Source: Bacteroidota bacterium (lineage in GTDB: Bacteria > Bacteroidota > Bacteroidia > JABDFU01). From it: a stretch of 64,000 bases of DNA. The position numbers and the translations under genes were made by a program. Location: contig JABDFU010000002.1 of assembly GCA_013286385.1 (NCBI GenBank), positions 20,575 through 84,574 on the forward strand, in the 5' to 3' direction. The notes below the pieces were generated by a model. It searched no databases. It saw nothing but the letters and a program-made list of their open reading frames with translations, and was not told where the DNA came from. Every line of letters begins with the position of its first letter. The first letter of the stretch is position 1. This document shows positions 1-10,216 of this stretch, in pieces.

Positions 1-532
1 GGGAATTGAAATTTTTTGCATAAAGTGAGCCTCTGACGAGCAGGCCGGCATTTGAATCGGTCTTTTTCCCATCTGTAAATCCTACGGCGCCCGATAGGTG
101 CATGTCGTACAGCTCAGCCATATCGACGCCTTCGAGTTGATGAGACAAAGCTCCTATGGGATAAACATCCACACCGTTTTTTTTGAGGAGCTTCACTTTA
201 TTGACCACGTATTCAACTTCTGATTTGGTATGTATGGGCGGATTGGTTGAAGGCAGGCAGGCCACACCCGTGAAACCTCCAAAGGCCGCTGCTTTCGTAC
301 CTGAATTCAAATCCTCTTTGTACTCAAATCCCGGATCCCGCAAGCTCACGTGAAGGTCAAACCATCCCGGGGAGACATGAAGATTTTCGGCTTCGAATAC
401 CGGTCCGCTTTTTTGCTCGATGTTTTTTCCGATTGCCTGAATGACGCCCTCTTCGATCAGCAGATCAGCCGATTTTCCATTGAACGGAGAGCCCGGATCG
501 ACAACCTTTGCATTTTTTATCAGTACGCCCAT
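1..532 (-). CDS. dihydroorotase-like cyclic amidohydrolase, N-terminal 177 aa (gene continues past the window start)
   Basis: Hand translation of the minus strand from ATG at 530-532: MGVLIKNAKVVDPGSPFNGKSADLLIEEGVIQAIG...HVSPGWFDLHVSLRDPGFEYKEDLNSGTKAAAFGGFTGVACLPSTNPP. It stays open for 177 codons to the window edge. It is absent from the ORF track because no stop lies inside the window. The pattern fits the DHOase/allantoinase family N-terminus. Confidence 0.7.
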   Translation of the reverse strand, partial: MGVLIKNAKVVDPGSPFNGKSADLLIEEGVIQAIGKNIEQKSGPVFEAENLHVSPGWFDLHVSLRDPGFEYKEDLNSGTKAAAFGGFTGVACLPSTNPPIHTKSEVEYVVNKVKLLKKNGVDVYPIGALSHQLEGVDMAELYDMHLSGAVGFTDGKKTDSNAGLLVRGSLYAKNFNS

Positions 533-544
533 GGTTTAAAAATG

Positions 545-2605
545 TTATTTCAATAATCTAAGCAGAGCAATTTCGCAGGCTAAAAAAACCAACGCTAATA
601 TAATACAAAGTTTCCACAGCTTTTTGCCTTCAGCAATTTCACTCAATGCGGCCCGTATGGTTTGGTTTTTAAAGTCGAGCACGTGAAAATTCGCCAGGCT
701 TTTTGATTCGATTAATTTTTTCAGCCCGTCGGCCGTGTAAACCGAAAGATCTGATTCATTCCTGTTGTAGTTAAAGGAAATTCCCCGAAGCGTTTCCTTA
801 TCCAGATTTAAAAAATAATTGCCGGGGTCCCGGATCTGGTCGTGAATAAAAAGGGTCGTTCTGGAATCCAGCACTTTGTATTCGGGAATAATTTCAATTT
901 TTTTATCCGAGCTGCAGATTTTAAAAATTTCATCTCCGGCGGGGTTTGCTGTTACGTCAATTTCTTCGGGATTCCCTATGGTGTAAAATAACCTGTACTG
1001 GGGCTGGCTGAACAGCACTGCCTGATAAAGGGTCGGTACAAACAAGGCGTGCTTTACAAAATTGCTCCAGCCGGTATTCAGCGGAACTGCCGAAAGGTAA
1101 ATCTGTCCTTTGCCGTGAACCGTACGGTCAAGGAAACTGTTGCCATCCCGAAGCTTTAGCAGTGTTTCTTCGGATGAGCGGGAATTGTGAGAAAGCATAA
1201 AGTGTCTGAAGACGACAGGGAGATCGATGTTTCCCGTTTTTTTCTCAAACACTTCCCGGTAAATATCGGCCGTGTAGTTGACCGAACCGACCTGGGTACG
1301 GGAGGTGTCCACCCCTTCGTAGTAATTGCAGTTCAGGCCTCCCAAAAATTCCTTGTACGAATTGATATCTGCTTCATCCGAAGGGAATACGATCAGGTTG
1401 CCGCCGCCCTGCACAAATTTGTTTAATTCCTGTGCCAGGCCCGAGGAAACTGTTTTAAGTTCATTCAGGATGATCATACGGAAGCCTGAAAGGGTGGAGT
1501 AGTCAATTTTGTTTTCTTCGGTGTTGCTGAAAACCACAACCGAATCTTTTGCGAAAAGCGATTTCAGGTAAGGATTGACACTTGCCTGGGGTTTGTCTTT
1601 AGCGGCCGGATTAATGGCAAGAATCGGAATTTGTTTTAAAACCGTGTAGGAAAAATAAAGCCTGTCATCAAAGGTTACCGGGTAGTCGCTCAGTTCAACC
1701 CAGCCGCTTTGAATACCGCCTTCCCTGATGGTGAAGGATAGAACTGTGTCCAGTTGAGCGTTGGCTTTCAGGTTAAAACTGGCAGGGGTTCTTTCCTGAT
1801 TGTTGATGACCAGCTTTACAGGAATGTTGTCATACGTTTTATTGGAAAAATTTTTAATACGGATATGCAGCTGTTCGACCTGATTTTGTTTACGGACAGG
1901 GGAGACGAACCAACAGGAGTCCATGGAGAGGTTGCTACGGTCTTCGGCGTTTAACGGAACCAGGTTAACCGAAATGTTCGTGTCGTTTTTGATCAGACCC
2001 TTGTTAAGCAGGGCTGATTGAAAATCTGAAATAACAAAAGCTGTTTTGTTTCTGGACCCGTTGGAATTGAGTAAATCGGCCTGGCGGGTAAAAACCTGCT
2101 GCAGGTTTTTAAAATCCGGAGAAAGTTTCACCTCTTCCAGTAATTGCAGAAATTCATCCCTGCTCAGCAGCCGCTGGTGCCGGCCCTCAAAATCATTGGT
2201 CAGCAGCTGAAAGCGGTCTCCGGGTTTGTAAGCAGCGGCAACCTCTGCGGCCGTTTTTTTTCCTTCGTCCAATAGCCTTCCGGATTTGCTAACGGCATCC
2301 ATGCTGAAGGAGTTGTCGAGGTATATACTCACCAGTTGCTCGCCTGAAGCAATTTTTTTATGGTCTACCGGAATGCAGGGTTGGGCAAAAGCCAGAACCA
2401 GCATTGAAATGGCAAGAATGCGGGAGAGGAGTACCAGCAGATGTTTTAACCTCGAACGGGATTTGGTTTCGAGCTGAACTTCCTTCAGGAAACGAACATT
2501 GGTAAAGTAAACGGTTTTGTAGCGTCTGAAATTGAAAAGGTGAATAAGTATCGGGATCGCAACCGCAGAAAGAGCGTATAAAAAAGAAGGGTTTACAAAC
2601 TTCAT
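545..2605 (-). CDS. BatA-type (aerotolerance-related) N-terminal double-transmembrane domain protein, 686 aa
   Basis: N-terminus MKFVNPSFLYALSAVAIPILIHLFNFRRYKTVYFTNVRFLKEV, followed by a second TM segment. This is the characteristic start of the Bacteroidota BatA-domain family. A C-terminal TM segment is also present. Confidence 0.6.
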   Translation of the reverse strand: MKFVNPSFLYALSAVAIPILIHLFNFRRYKTVYFTNVRFLKEVQLETKSRSRLKHLLVLLSRILAISMLVLAFAQPCIPVDHKKIASGEQLVSIYLDNSFSMDAVSKSGRLLDEGKKTAAEVAAAYKPGDRFQLLTNDFEGRHQRLLSRDEFLQLLEEVKLSPDFKNLQQVFTRQADLLNSNGSRNKTAFVISDFQSALLNKGLIKNDTNISVNLVPLNAEDRSNLSMDSCWFVSPVRKQNQVEQLHIRIKNFSNKTYDNIPVKLVINNQERTPASFNLKANAQLDTVLSFTIREGGIQSGWVELSDYPVTFDDRLYFSYTVLKQIPILAINPAAKDKPQASVNPYLKSLFAKDSVVVFSNTEENKIDYSTLSGFRMIILNELKTVSSGLAQELNKFVQGGGNLIVFPSDEADINSYKEFLGGLNCNYYEGVDTSRTQVGSVNYTADIYREVFEKKTGNIDLPVVFRHFMLSHNSRSSEETLLKLRDGNSFLDRTVHGKGQIYLSAVPLNTGWSNFVKHALFVPTLYQAVLFSQPQYRLFYTIGNPEEIDVTANPAGDEIFKICSSDKKIEIIPEYKVLDSRTTLFIHDQIRDPGNYFLNLDKETLRGISFNYNRNESDLSVYTADGLKKLIESKSLANFHVLDFKNQTIRAALSEIAEGKKLWKLCIILALVFLACEIALLRLLK

Positions 2606-2655
2606 ACCTGTATGCGAAGATAATCAAATAGTTACCTTTAGTAGCCGTTGTAATT

Positions 2656-3444
2656 ATGAAAAATCGTGTTCCCCAATCTGAACTCAGGTCCTTTCTGGAC
2701 GAAAAAGTTCTGAAGTACAATACGCCCTCGTTTATTGAATTGGATCCGATCAGCGTACCGCATCGCTATTCGTTGAAAGAAGATATTGAGATCGCCGGAT
2801 TTCTGGCCGCCACCATAGCCTGGGGAAACCGTAAAATGATTGTGAAAAATGGTCACCGGATGATGGACCTGCTGGGTGATTCGCCTTATGACTTTGTTAT
2901 GCATCACTCGGCAAGCCAACTTAAAAGGCTTGCCGGATTTACGCACCGAACCTTCAATGCACAGGATTTCACTTATTTTATAAAGGGACTCAGGCATATC
3001 TATACTAAAAAAGGCGGGCTTGAGACAATTTTATCGGGGCGCTCGAGGCACTCGCAAGCTGCTGAATCCCTGCAGCCGGCAATAAGCGAGTTTAAGCAAT
3101 TGTTTTTTGAAATTAATCATCCCCTGCGGACGGCCAAACATGTTTCCGACCCTTCAAAAGGGTCGGCTGCGAAAAAGATCAATATGTTTTTACGCTGGAT
3201 GGTTCGTAGTGATAAGGCGGGGGTTGATTTCGGGATCTGGAAAACAATCAAGCCAGGTCAGTTGTCATGTCCCCTGGATGTACACTCCGGAAATGTGGCC
3301 CGGAAACTGGGACTTTTAAGTCGAAAACAGAATGATGCGAGGGCGGTTGAGGAACTGGATATCGCTTTGCGGGCAATGGACAGCGAGGATCCTGTGAAAT
3401 ACGATTTTGCGTTGTTTGGGTTGGGGGTTTTCGAAAAGTTTTAG
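2656..3444 (+). CDS. TIGR02757 (DUF2400) family protein, 262 aa
   Basis: Length and motifs (DPISVPHRY, IAGFLAATIAWGNRKMI, PLDVHSGNVARKLGLL) match my recollection of this conserved family. Not verified by search. Confidence 0.6.
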   Translation: MKNRVPQSELRSFLDEKVLKYNTPSFIELDPISVPHRYSLKEDIEIAGFLAATIAWGNRKMIVKNGHRMMDLLGDSPYDFVMHHSASQLKRLAGFTHRTFNAQDFTYFIKGLRHIYTKKGGLETILSGRSRHSQAAESLQPAISEFKQLFFEINHPLRTAKHVSDPSKGSAAKKINMFLRWMVRSDKAGVDFGIWKTIKPGQLSCPLDVHSGNVARKLGLLSRKQNDARAVEELDIALRAMDSEDPVKYDFALFGLGVFEKF

Positions 3445-3588
3445 AGGCATCGAATCCCGGGTCTCTGGATATGAAATGGTCAGCCATGGTTCCTTCGTAA
3501 CCAAGAAGTCCTTACTAACCACCGGGTGCGGTAAGACCCGACCTATTGGAGAAGGGAATATTCCTCACTACCTGTGAAGAGGTAATAG

Positions 3589-6500
3589 CTATTTCATCAG
3601 CGTGACATTACCTTTTTTAGAGATCGTTCGTCCGTTGAAGATTGTTGCTGTGAGGTAATAGACAAAGACACCCATATTCATGGGCTGTCCTTTGTAAGAA
3701 CCGTCCCATCCTGTCTTTGGGTTGCTGGTAGAAAAGAGGAGTTCGCCCCATCGGTCATATATCTGAAACTCCATCTGCGTTACACAAGCGGGAGGACGCA
3801 CATAGAGCACATCGTTCATCCCGTCACCGTTTGGTGAAAAGGCCGTTGGAACGAAAATGGTTACTGAGTCGCAATCAATCTGGCGCACGGTTACCGTTAC
3901 ACTGTCAGAAGCCTGACACTCGTTGGGGCCAGTAACGATGACCGTATAGGTGGTGGTCTGGATAGGTTCTGCAATGGGGTTAAAGATGGCAGCATTAGTG
4001 AGTGAACCGGAGGGAGTCCATAAATAACTGATACCCCCGCCGGCCCATAACTGAGTGCTGGCGCCAGCCATGATTAAGGTATCGCGGCTCACATTTACAG
4101 TAGGTCCTGACAGCAGCCTGATGGTTGCTGATGTAGTGGCCGTGCAGCCTGTCCCATCGGTTACGGTGACTGAGTAGGTTCCGGAGGAGAGCTTACTTAG
4201 GTTTTGCGATCTCTGTCCGCTGCTCCACAGGTATGTTAATGCGGTTCCGGTGGCCTGAATGGTGATGCTTCCATCGGTTTTACCCTGGCAGGTATTGGAG
4301 GTGTCTTGTATGCTTACTGATGGCCCGCTGCTATTTTGAATGGTAACGGATGAGGTGCCGGTACAACCGTTTTGATCGGTGACTGTTACACTATATGATC
4401 CTGAAATCAGGCCTTTGAGTGAATCTGACCCCTGTCCCGAGAAAGCAGTCGAGCTGCCGCTCCAGCTATAGGCGTAATTACTTCCTGTGCCTCCCGAGGC
4501 AGTGACCGCAGCATTGCCGTTACTTTGTCCGCAAGAGGCTGAAGTGAGCTGGGATGCCTGTGCAATGACCGTCGAAGGAACACTGATGGTTGCTGATTGA
4601 GTTGTGCTGCAGCCATTGCTGTCTGTGATGGTTACCGTATAAGTTCCGCTGACAAGAATGGTATCGGTTGAACCTGTCTGCGCATTACTCCACCTATACG
4701 CCAGGCTACCCGCGCCGGTGGCGCTGACAGTGGCCAAGCCTGTTTCACCAGAACAGGCAGGATTCACAGGAGTAAGCGAGCTGATTGTCGGGCCGGCAGT
4801 AGTGGTGATGGTTAAAGTGGTGGTTAGGGTGCAGGCGTTTGCATCGGAAACGGTGAGGGTATAAATCCCGGGCCCCATTCCTGAAACGGTCTGGCCGGTA
4901 AACAGATTGGTTCCGCTGCTCCACTGATAGCTATAGGTGCCCACGCCTCCGCTTGCAGAAGCACTTGCCGATGCGTCGCTTTTGCCGCAAAGGCTGCTGT
5001 GGTCTGCCACAGCAAAGGGGTTGATGGCAGGGGGCTGGGTGATGTTTACCACCTGGTCTATTCTGCAGCCGAGCGAATCGGTTACTAAAACAACCTGAAA
5101 ACCAACCATCAGAGAGCTGATGGTTGTGGTTCCCGTCACTCCGCTACCCCAGCTGTAGGTAAGGGTGCCCGTTCCTCCGGAGGCAGACACTGTGGCAGAA
5201 CCATTATTGCCCCCATAACAGGAGACAGGGGTTTGGGTTAAACTGTTGATAACCGGGGGAGAGCTATTGCCGATGGAGACACTGGCTGTTGCAGAGCAGT
5301 TGTTTGCATCGGTAACAGTTACCGAGTAAATGCCGCCAGTTAATCCGGATAGGATTTGTCCGCTGATTATCCCGGAAGATGTGTTCCAGCTAAAATTATA
5401 GAGGCCGCTTCCTCCCAGAACATTTACGCCGGCACTTCCATTAGCTTGTCCACAGGTGGCAGAAACTTTGGTCGTACTTAGCTCAAGTGGAGCAGGCTGG
5501 GTAATGGTTACAGAGCTGTCTGCCTGACAGCCACTGGTATCGGTAACACGAATAAGATACGTTCCGCCGGCCAGGGATGAAACGACCTGTCCGCTAAGGG
5601 ACGTAAACCCATTGCTCCAGGTGTAGCTCAGCGCTCCGCTGCCCCCTGATGCGTTCACCAGGGCGGAGCCCGTTAAGGCCCCATTACACAAGGGATCAGT
5701 AACCTGTAAATTGGTTATTGCCGGCCCTGGGTTATTTCCCACAAAAACCAGAGCGGACTGAGTGCAGCCGTTGCCATCGGTGACTGTGACGGTATAGGTT
5801 CCTGCAGGAATGCCACTTAAGGCAGGCCCGCTGGCAGTGTTACTCCATAGATAGGACAACGCTCCGCTGCCCCCGCTGGCCAATGCGCTTGCCCCTGCGT
5901 TGGAAAGCCCGCAGCCGGCCCTGGTGGAAGATGTATTGATGGTAATGGGAGAAGGCGCTGTAACCGCTGTAGTTGAAATTGCACTACAGCCCTTGCTGTC
6001 GGTTACTGTAACGGAGTAGGTATTGTTTAAAAGGCCGCTCACCGATTGAGCTGTTGAGCCTACCGACCAGAAATAATTATACCCCGGGCTGCCACCACTC
6101 GCGTTCACATTCACCGAGCCTGATCCGCTGCAAAGCGGAGTGGTGGAGCTTGCTATAGCAATAAGCGCAGGGGACTGGGTGATGTTTACAGAATCGGTTG
6201 ACGTACAACCATTCCCATCGGTGACAGTTACTGAGTAGGTACCTGCCACAATACCTGGATTGTCTGAACCCTTTACTGTATTGCTCCAGCTGTACTGAAG
6301 TGCTCCGCTGCCTCCCGTAGCAATAGCCTGAGCCATACCGGAGGCAGATCCGTTACAGGCAACGTTGGTAAATTTATCAATATAGGCAGAGGGGCCGCTG
6401 ATGTTGGTAACTGCTAATGACCTTGTTACACTGCAGCCATTGGCGTCAGTTACCGTTACTGTATAACTGCCAGCCAGAAGATTACCGGCGGTTCGGCCTG

Positions 6501-9500
6501 AGGCTGCGTTGCTCCAAAGGCAGGTATAGCCCGGAGTACCTCCTTCGGGGGAAACGTTCACCCTGCCGTTCGCGTTTCCACAGGTTGAAGACACAGTGCC
6601 TGTGCCTGCGGTTAATGCCGCCGGCTGGGAGAGAACGGCCGAGGCAACAGCCCTGCAACCCAGTTGATCGGTTACACTTACTACAAAAGTTCCTGAGCTT
6701 AATCCGCTTATGGCTGTAACACCACTGCTGCCATTACTCCAGCTGTAGGTTAAAGCCCCGCTTCCTCCCGAGGCGGTTACAGTAACCGTACCACTATTGG
6801 CGCCGTTACAGCTAAGTTCAGGGGCTGTCAAACTGTTTATGGCCGGTGCCGGATCGTTGCTGATAGCAGCCACTGTGCTCTCTGTGCAGCCATTACCATC
6901 GGTGACAGTGACAGTATAACTTCCGGCTGCCTGCCCCGATATGGTCTGAGCAGTTGCAGAAGTACTCCATAGATAGCTCAGGGTCCCACTGCCACCTGTA
7001 GCCGAAACGCCTGCACTCCCGTTGGAAGAGCCGCAACTGGCCGGAACGCTGTTTATACTGGCAGAGATCGCCGGGGGCTGGGTGATGGCGGCCGTTGTCA
7101 CTACTGTGCAGCCTTTACCGTCGGTTACCGTTAGGGTATAGGTTCCCTGGGGTAATCCGACATCTGTTTGAGTTGCCTGGTTATTACTCCAGCTATAGGT
7201 ATAGAGTCCTGTGCCCGCACTGGGGTTGGCTGTAATACTTCCATTGGATGATCCGTTACAGCCCACAGCAGTTGGACTTGTGCTTACACTTACTGAAGGG
7301 TTAACCGTTACTGTTACCGCAGTGGTTGCCGTATTGGCCCCTGCATCGGTTACCGTAACAGTGTAGCCCGTACTTGTCAGAAGACCGCAGGGGGTGATCG
7401 TTGCCCCTGTGGCTCCCGTATTCCAGCTATACGCATAGGGTGCGGTCCCACTGCTTCCTGTGGCTGTTACTGTGGCACAGCCCTCCGAACAGATGGGATT
7501 GGCTGCCGCTGTGACACTAAGAAACGAGCAGGGGATCACGTTGATATAGTCGGGTTTTATCAAAGAGTCAGTAGTACATGGGGTTGTAATGATCAACTTC
7601 ACAGCATAGGTTCCTGGCGTATTGTATAAAATCCCTGTGGGGTTTTGCAGAGCGGAACTTGATGGAGTCCCCCCGGGAAAACTCCAGTTATAGGTTGTTC
7701 CTGCACTATTACAGGTCAAAAATGTGGAAGTGTAATTAACTGAATTTCCTGAACAACAACTACTTGAACTGCTTGTGAAAGCCAAGGCCTTGTTGGTGCT
7801 ATTACAAATGCTGATGTTCAGCTGAGGAAGCGAAAAGTCAGCATTTCCTCCACAAGTTGTCTGATATGCTCCCGGAGTGACCGGATAGGAACATACAGAG
7901 GATGCTGCCAGATAAACAAAACAGCCGCCCACGGCAATACAACCACCAAATCCACTGTATGTTTCATTGTCAGGTGAAGACGAATTGACACCCAATCCAA
8001 ATAGACTGGAGTAAATCAGATTTCCATTGTTGTCAAAAGAGGTAATGAAATTGTCTTCATGTCCGTAAAATGCAGATTGAAAAGCGCAGGAAGTAACCGG
8101 GAAGCCAGCGTCGTAGGTATCTCCTGCCACGATTACATTATTGTTTTTGTCGCAAACTATACCTGAACTTTCTCCGGTTCCATTCACAATTGCAGCTCCT
8201 GCAAGATAAGTACCCCATTGCCTTATTCCGGCATTGTTAAATTTTGCAACAAAAACAGTAGGATACCCCTGTCCTGCTTGCGGGTTGATTGGCTGGAAAG
8301 CACCCGGGGTGGTCATACCCGTAGCAGACTGGGTGACTCCGCTTATAAAAACATTTCCGTTGCAGTCAAGTGCAATCGCGTCGCATTGATCGTCCTGATC
8401 AGCTCCATAATAGGTAGACCAAATTGGAAATCCGGTACTTCCAAGTAGTTTGGCAATAAAAACTCCACCACGGCTAACCTGATAAGCTGACAGCAGGGGA
8501 AAGTCATTTTCATTACCGGTCGTGCCACAAAAATAAATATCTCCGGCAGCATCGCAGGTAATTCCGGTTCCGATTTCAGAACCACCCGAAGTTCCTCCGT
8601 AATAGGTCGACCATTGTCTTACACCGTTATTATCAAATTTAAGGATGATCGCATTGGAATTTCCCGCTGATGCATGATTCGTGGCCTGAAAAGGAGCCAG
8701 TACGGGAAAATCAGTATATTCTGAACAACCGGTTACGAAAAGATTGCCCGTTCCGTCAACAGTTACATCTTGTCCAGATTGAGAATGTAACCCAGAGGAT
8801 CCACCGTAAAAGGTTGACCACAGTAAGGTTCCTGCAGACGTAAATTTTACAATGATAATAGCCTCAAACCCCGGATATCCCTGCATATAAGCTCCTCCAC
8901 CAGGATTCATTGTGGGAAAGTTGTCAGAATAGGTCATGCCTGTAGCAAAAATAGTATTTGCGGCATCCGTCGAGACACCTGCTAAAACATCTGCGTCGTT
9001 TCCTCCAATGTAAGTAGCAAAAACCCTGGCACCCGCGCTGGTAAATTTTACTATACAGCCATTTTGAAATCCTCCTGCTGCTTTGGTAGACTGGAATGCT
9101 CCCGGATTTACTGGAAAATCAACCGAAGTTGTTATGCCTGTATAAATGATGTCACCATTCGCATCCGTTGTGACGGAAGTTGCAAAATCGTTCCCGCTCC
9201 CTCCATAATAGGTTATCCAAGGGTCTATTGTCAATGGATAATCATGATTGAAATGTCCTAATTTAAAAGTCACTTCGTAAGGGTTCAGATTGGCGCTGCC
9301 GCTTACTTCTCTCAAAACATACTCTGCCTTCACATCAATTGTTACTCCATTTATAATTTGGTACACCTTTGGAAGATATTCTCCTAATTGACCCCGAACA
9401 GTTTGAACTGTTAAATGACCGTGATTTAGACTCAGTTTCTCAGCACCGCTGTATTTTAAAATTATATCGTTCGGATCGGCTCCGGGATTAATAATTATAT

Positions 9501-10209
9501 CGTACTTCAAACCGCTTTCCTTGCCTCCATAATATTTTACATCGATATTGCGGTAAATATTTCTGATTTGTAATTCGTTGTAGGATTTTACGTTGAGAAT
9601 ACCGTTGGGGCAGTGTCCATAATAGAAATTGCAATAGCCCTCAATACTGTCTGAGCTAATCTCCTGAATCGCTGAATTGCAATTCACAAAATCCATATCC
9701 AACCGGTTGATTGTAACCTGTTGATTTGCCAAAAAATCCGGACTCTCTTTTTTTTCCGAAAAGCGTTTATGCTCATTCGGAAAATCAGAAAGATTGTTTT
9801 GGACATAGCTGATCCCGGTTTTTCTAATATAAATATCCATGCCGGAACCTGAGCCCATGTAAAGGATATCCGGTCGCAGTTGATGGGACATGTCGACAAT
9901 CTGGCCATTATTTTGGGTGAATGCTAACCCATTTCCTCTAAGCGAAGTTGGTTTTGGCACGGGGTTTTGTGATGATAAAACAGGACCTGCCAAAATGTGA
10001 AAAAGCAAAGTCAGAAGTGCAGTTTTGAAAGGATGGCAAGGCCTCTTTTCTTTTCTTTTTAATTTATCTACTAAGTAGTTTAGAAATACTCCTGTATCCA
10101 TAGTTTTCATTTCTGTGAGAGCAAGTTTGTCCGGATTATTTCCTGCAAGCAGCCTGGTTGCATCATTCTGTTTTTTCACATACAACGGGTACTTAATCGC
10201 GTTTTTCAT
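3589..10209 (-). CDS. giant cell-surface adhesin: N-terminal SBBP beta-propeller repeats, a PKD-like module, ~15 SprB-type repeats, and a type B T9SS C-terminal sorting domain (gliding-motility-associated CTD)
   Basis: Single open frame of 2211 codons from the TTG at 10224; the first ATG is at 10209. SBBP-like repeats (YGGSGNDFATSVTTDANGDIIYTG..DFP). Repeated C.G..NG...v.asGG...Y.Y.Ws.......i.gL.aGtYtVTVTD.nGC units. C-terminus FSPNGDGMNDVLYV...IYDRWGELLF...GWDG. Confidence 0.9.
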   Translation of the reverse strand: MKNAIKYPLYVKKQNDATRLLAGNNPDKLALTEMKTMDTGVFLNYLVDKLKRKEKRPCHPFKTALLTLLFHILAGPVLSSQNPVPKPTSLRGNGLAFTQNNGQIVDMSHQLRPDILYMGSGSGMDIYIRKTGISYVQNNLSDFPNEHKRFSEKKESPDFLANQQVTINRLDMDFVNCNSAIQEISSDSIEGYCNFYYGHCPNGILNVKSYNELQIRNIYRNIDVKYYGGKESGLKYDIIINPGADPNDIILKYSGAEKLSLNHGHLTVQTVRGQLGEYLPKVYQIINGVTIDVKAEYVLREVSGSANLNPYEVTFKLGHFNHDYPLTIDPWITYYGGSGNDFATSVTTDANGDIIYTGITTSVDFPVNPGAFQSTKAAGGFQNGCIVKFTSAGARVFATYIGGNDADVLAGVSTDAANTIFATGMTYSDNFPTMNPGGGAYMQGYPGFEAIIIVKFTSAGTLLWSTFYGGSSGLHSQSGQDVTVDGTGNLFVTGCSEYTDFPVLAPFQATNHASAGNSNAIILKFDNNGVRQWSTYYGGTSGGSEIGTGITCDAAGDIYFCGTTGNENDFPLLSAYQVSRGGVFIAKLLGSTGFPIWSTYYGADQDDQCDAIALDCNGNVFISGVTQSATGMTTPGAFQPINPQAGQGYPTVFVAKFNNAGIRQWGTYLAGAAIVNGTGESSGIVCDKNNNVIVAGDTYDAGFPVTSCAFQSAFYGHEDNFITSFDNNGNLIYSSLFGLGVNSSSPDNETYSGFGGCIAVGGCFVYLAASSVCSYPVTPGAYQTTCGGNADFSLPQLNISICNSTNKALAFTSSSSSCCSGNSVNYTSTFLTCNSAGTTYNWSFPGGTPSSSALQNPTGILYNTPGTYAVKLIITTPCTTDSLIKPDYINVIPCSFLSVTAAANPICSEGCATVTATGSSGTAPYAYSWNTGATGATITPCGLLTSTGYTVTVTDAGANTATTAVTVTVNPSVSVSTSPTAVGCNGSSNGSITANPSAGTGLYTYSWSNNQATQTDVGLPQGTYTLTVTDGKGCTVVTTAAITQPPAISASINSVPASCGSSNGSAGVSATGGSGTLSYLWSTSATAQTISGQAAGSYTVTVTDGNGCTESTVAAISNDPAPAINSLTAPELSCNGANSGTVTVTASGGSGALTYSWSNGSSGVTAISGLSSGTFVVSVTDQLGCRAVASAVLSQPAALTAGTGTVSSTCGNANGRVNVSPEGGTPGYTCLWSNAASGRTAGNLLAGSYTVTVTDANGCSVTRSLAVTNISGPSAYIDKFTNVACNGSASGMAQAIATGGSGALQYSWSNTVKGSDNPGIVAGTYSVTVTDGNGCTSTDSVNITQSPALIAIASSTTPLCSGSGSVNVNASGGSPGYNYFWSVGSTAQSVSGLLNNTYSVTVTDSKGCSAISTTAVTAPSPITINTSSTRAGCGLSNAGASALASGGSGALSYLWSNTASGPALSGIPAGTYTVTVTDGNGCTQSALVFVGNNPGPAITNLQVTDPLCNGALTGSALVNASGGSGALSYTWSNGFTSLSGQVVSSLAGGTYLIRVTDTSGCQADSSVTITQPAPLELSTTKVSATCGQANGSAGVNVLGGSGLYNFSWNTSSGIISGQILSGLTGGIYSVTVTDANNCSATASVSIGNSSPPVINSLTQTPVSCYGGNNGSATVSASGGTGTLTYSWGSGVTGTTTISSLMVGFQVVLVTDSLGCRIDQVVNITQPPAINPFAVADHSSLCGKSDASASASASGGVGTYSYQWSSGTNLFTGQTVSGMGPGIYTLTVSDANACTLTTTLTITTTAGPTISSLTPVNPACSGETGLATVSATGAGSLAYRWSNAQTGSTDTILVSGTYTVTITDSNGCSTTQSATISVPSTVIAQASQLTSASCGQSNGNAAVTASGGTGSNYAYSWSGSSTAFSGQGSDSLKGLISGSYSVTVTDQNGCTGTSSVTIQNSSGPSVSIQDTSNTCQGKTDGSITIQATGTALTYLWSSGQRSQNLSKLSSGTYSVTVTDGTGCTATTSATIRLLSGPTVNVSRDTLIMAGASTQLWAGGGISYLWTPSGSLTNAAIFNPIAEPIQTTTYTVIVTGPNECQASDSVTVTVRQIDCDSVTIFVPTAFSPNGDGMNDVLYVRPPACVTQMEFQIYDRWGELLFSTSNPKTGWDGSYKGQPMNMGVFVYYLTATIFNGRTISKKGNVTLMK
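4110..7500 (-). repeat. tandem array of ~15 SprB-type coding repeats (about 75-80 aa each) inside the 2211-aa gene
   Basis: I counted 15 occurrences of the Y.[WF]W[SNG] ... TVTVTD.NGC unit in the translation. Boundaries are approximate. Confidence 0.75.
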
Positions 10210-10216
10210 TTCAGTA

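Noticed and set aside
350-556. 68-aa plus-strand ORF from the track
   Set aside because: It lies antisense to the much longer dihydroorotase-like frame, which is open to the window edge. Its composition is not protein-like.
2358-2997. Two minus-strand ORFs of 119-120 aa spanning the BatA/TIGR02757 junction
   Set aside because: They overlap the well-supported BatA-type N-terminus and run antisense to the TIGR02757 gene. They have no motifs and an odd composition.
4407-9908. About ten 60-100-aa ORFs inside the 2211-aa gene, on both strands
   Set aside because: They are by-products of the Gly/Thr/Ser-rich repetitive coding frame. All are nested within a single uninterrupted 6.6-kb frame with clear domain content.
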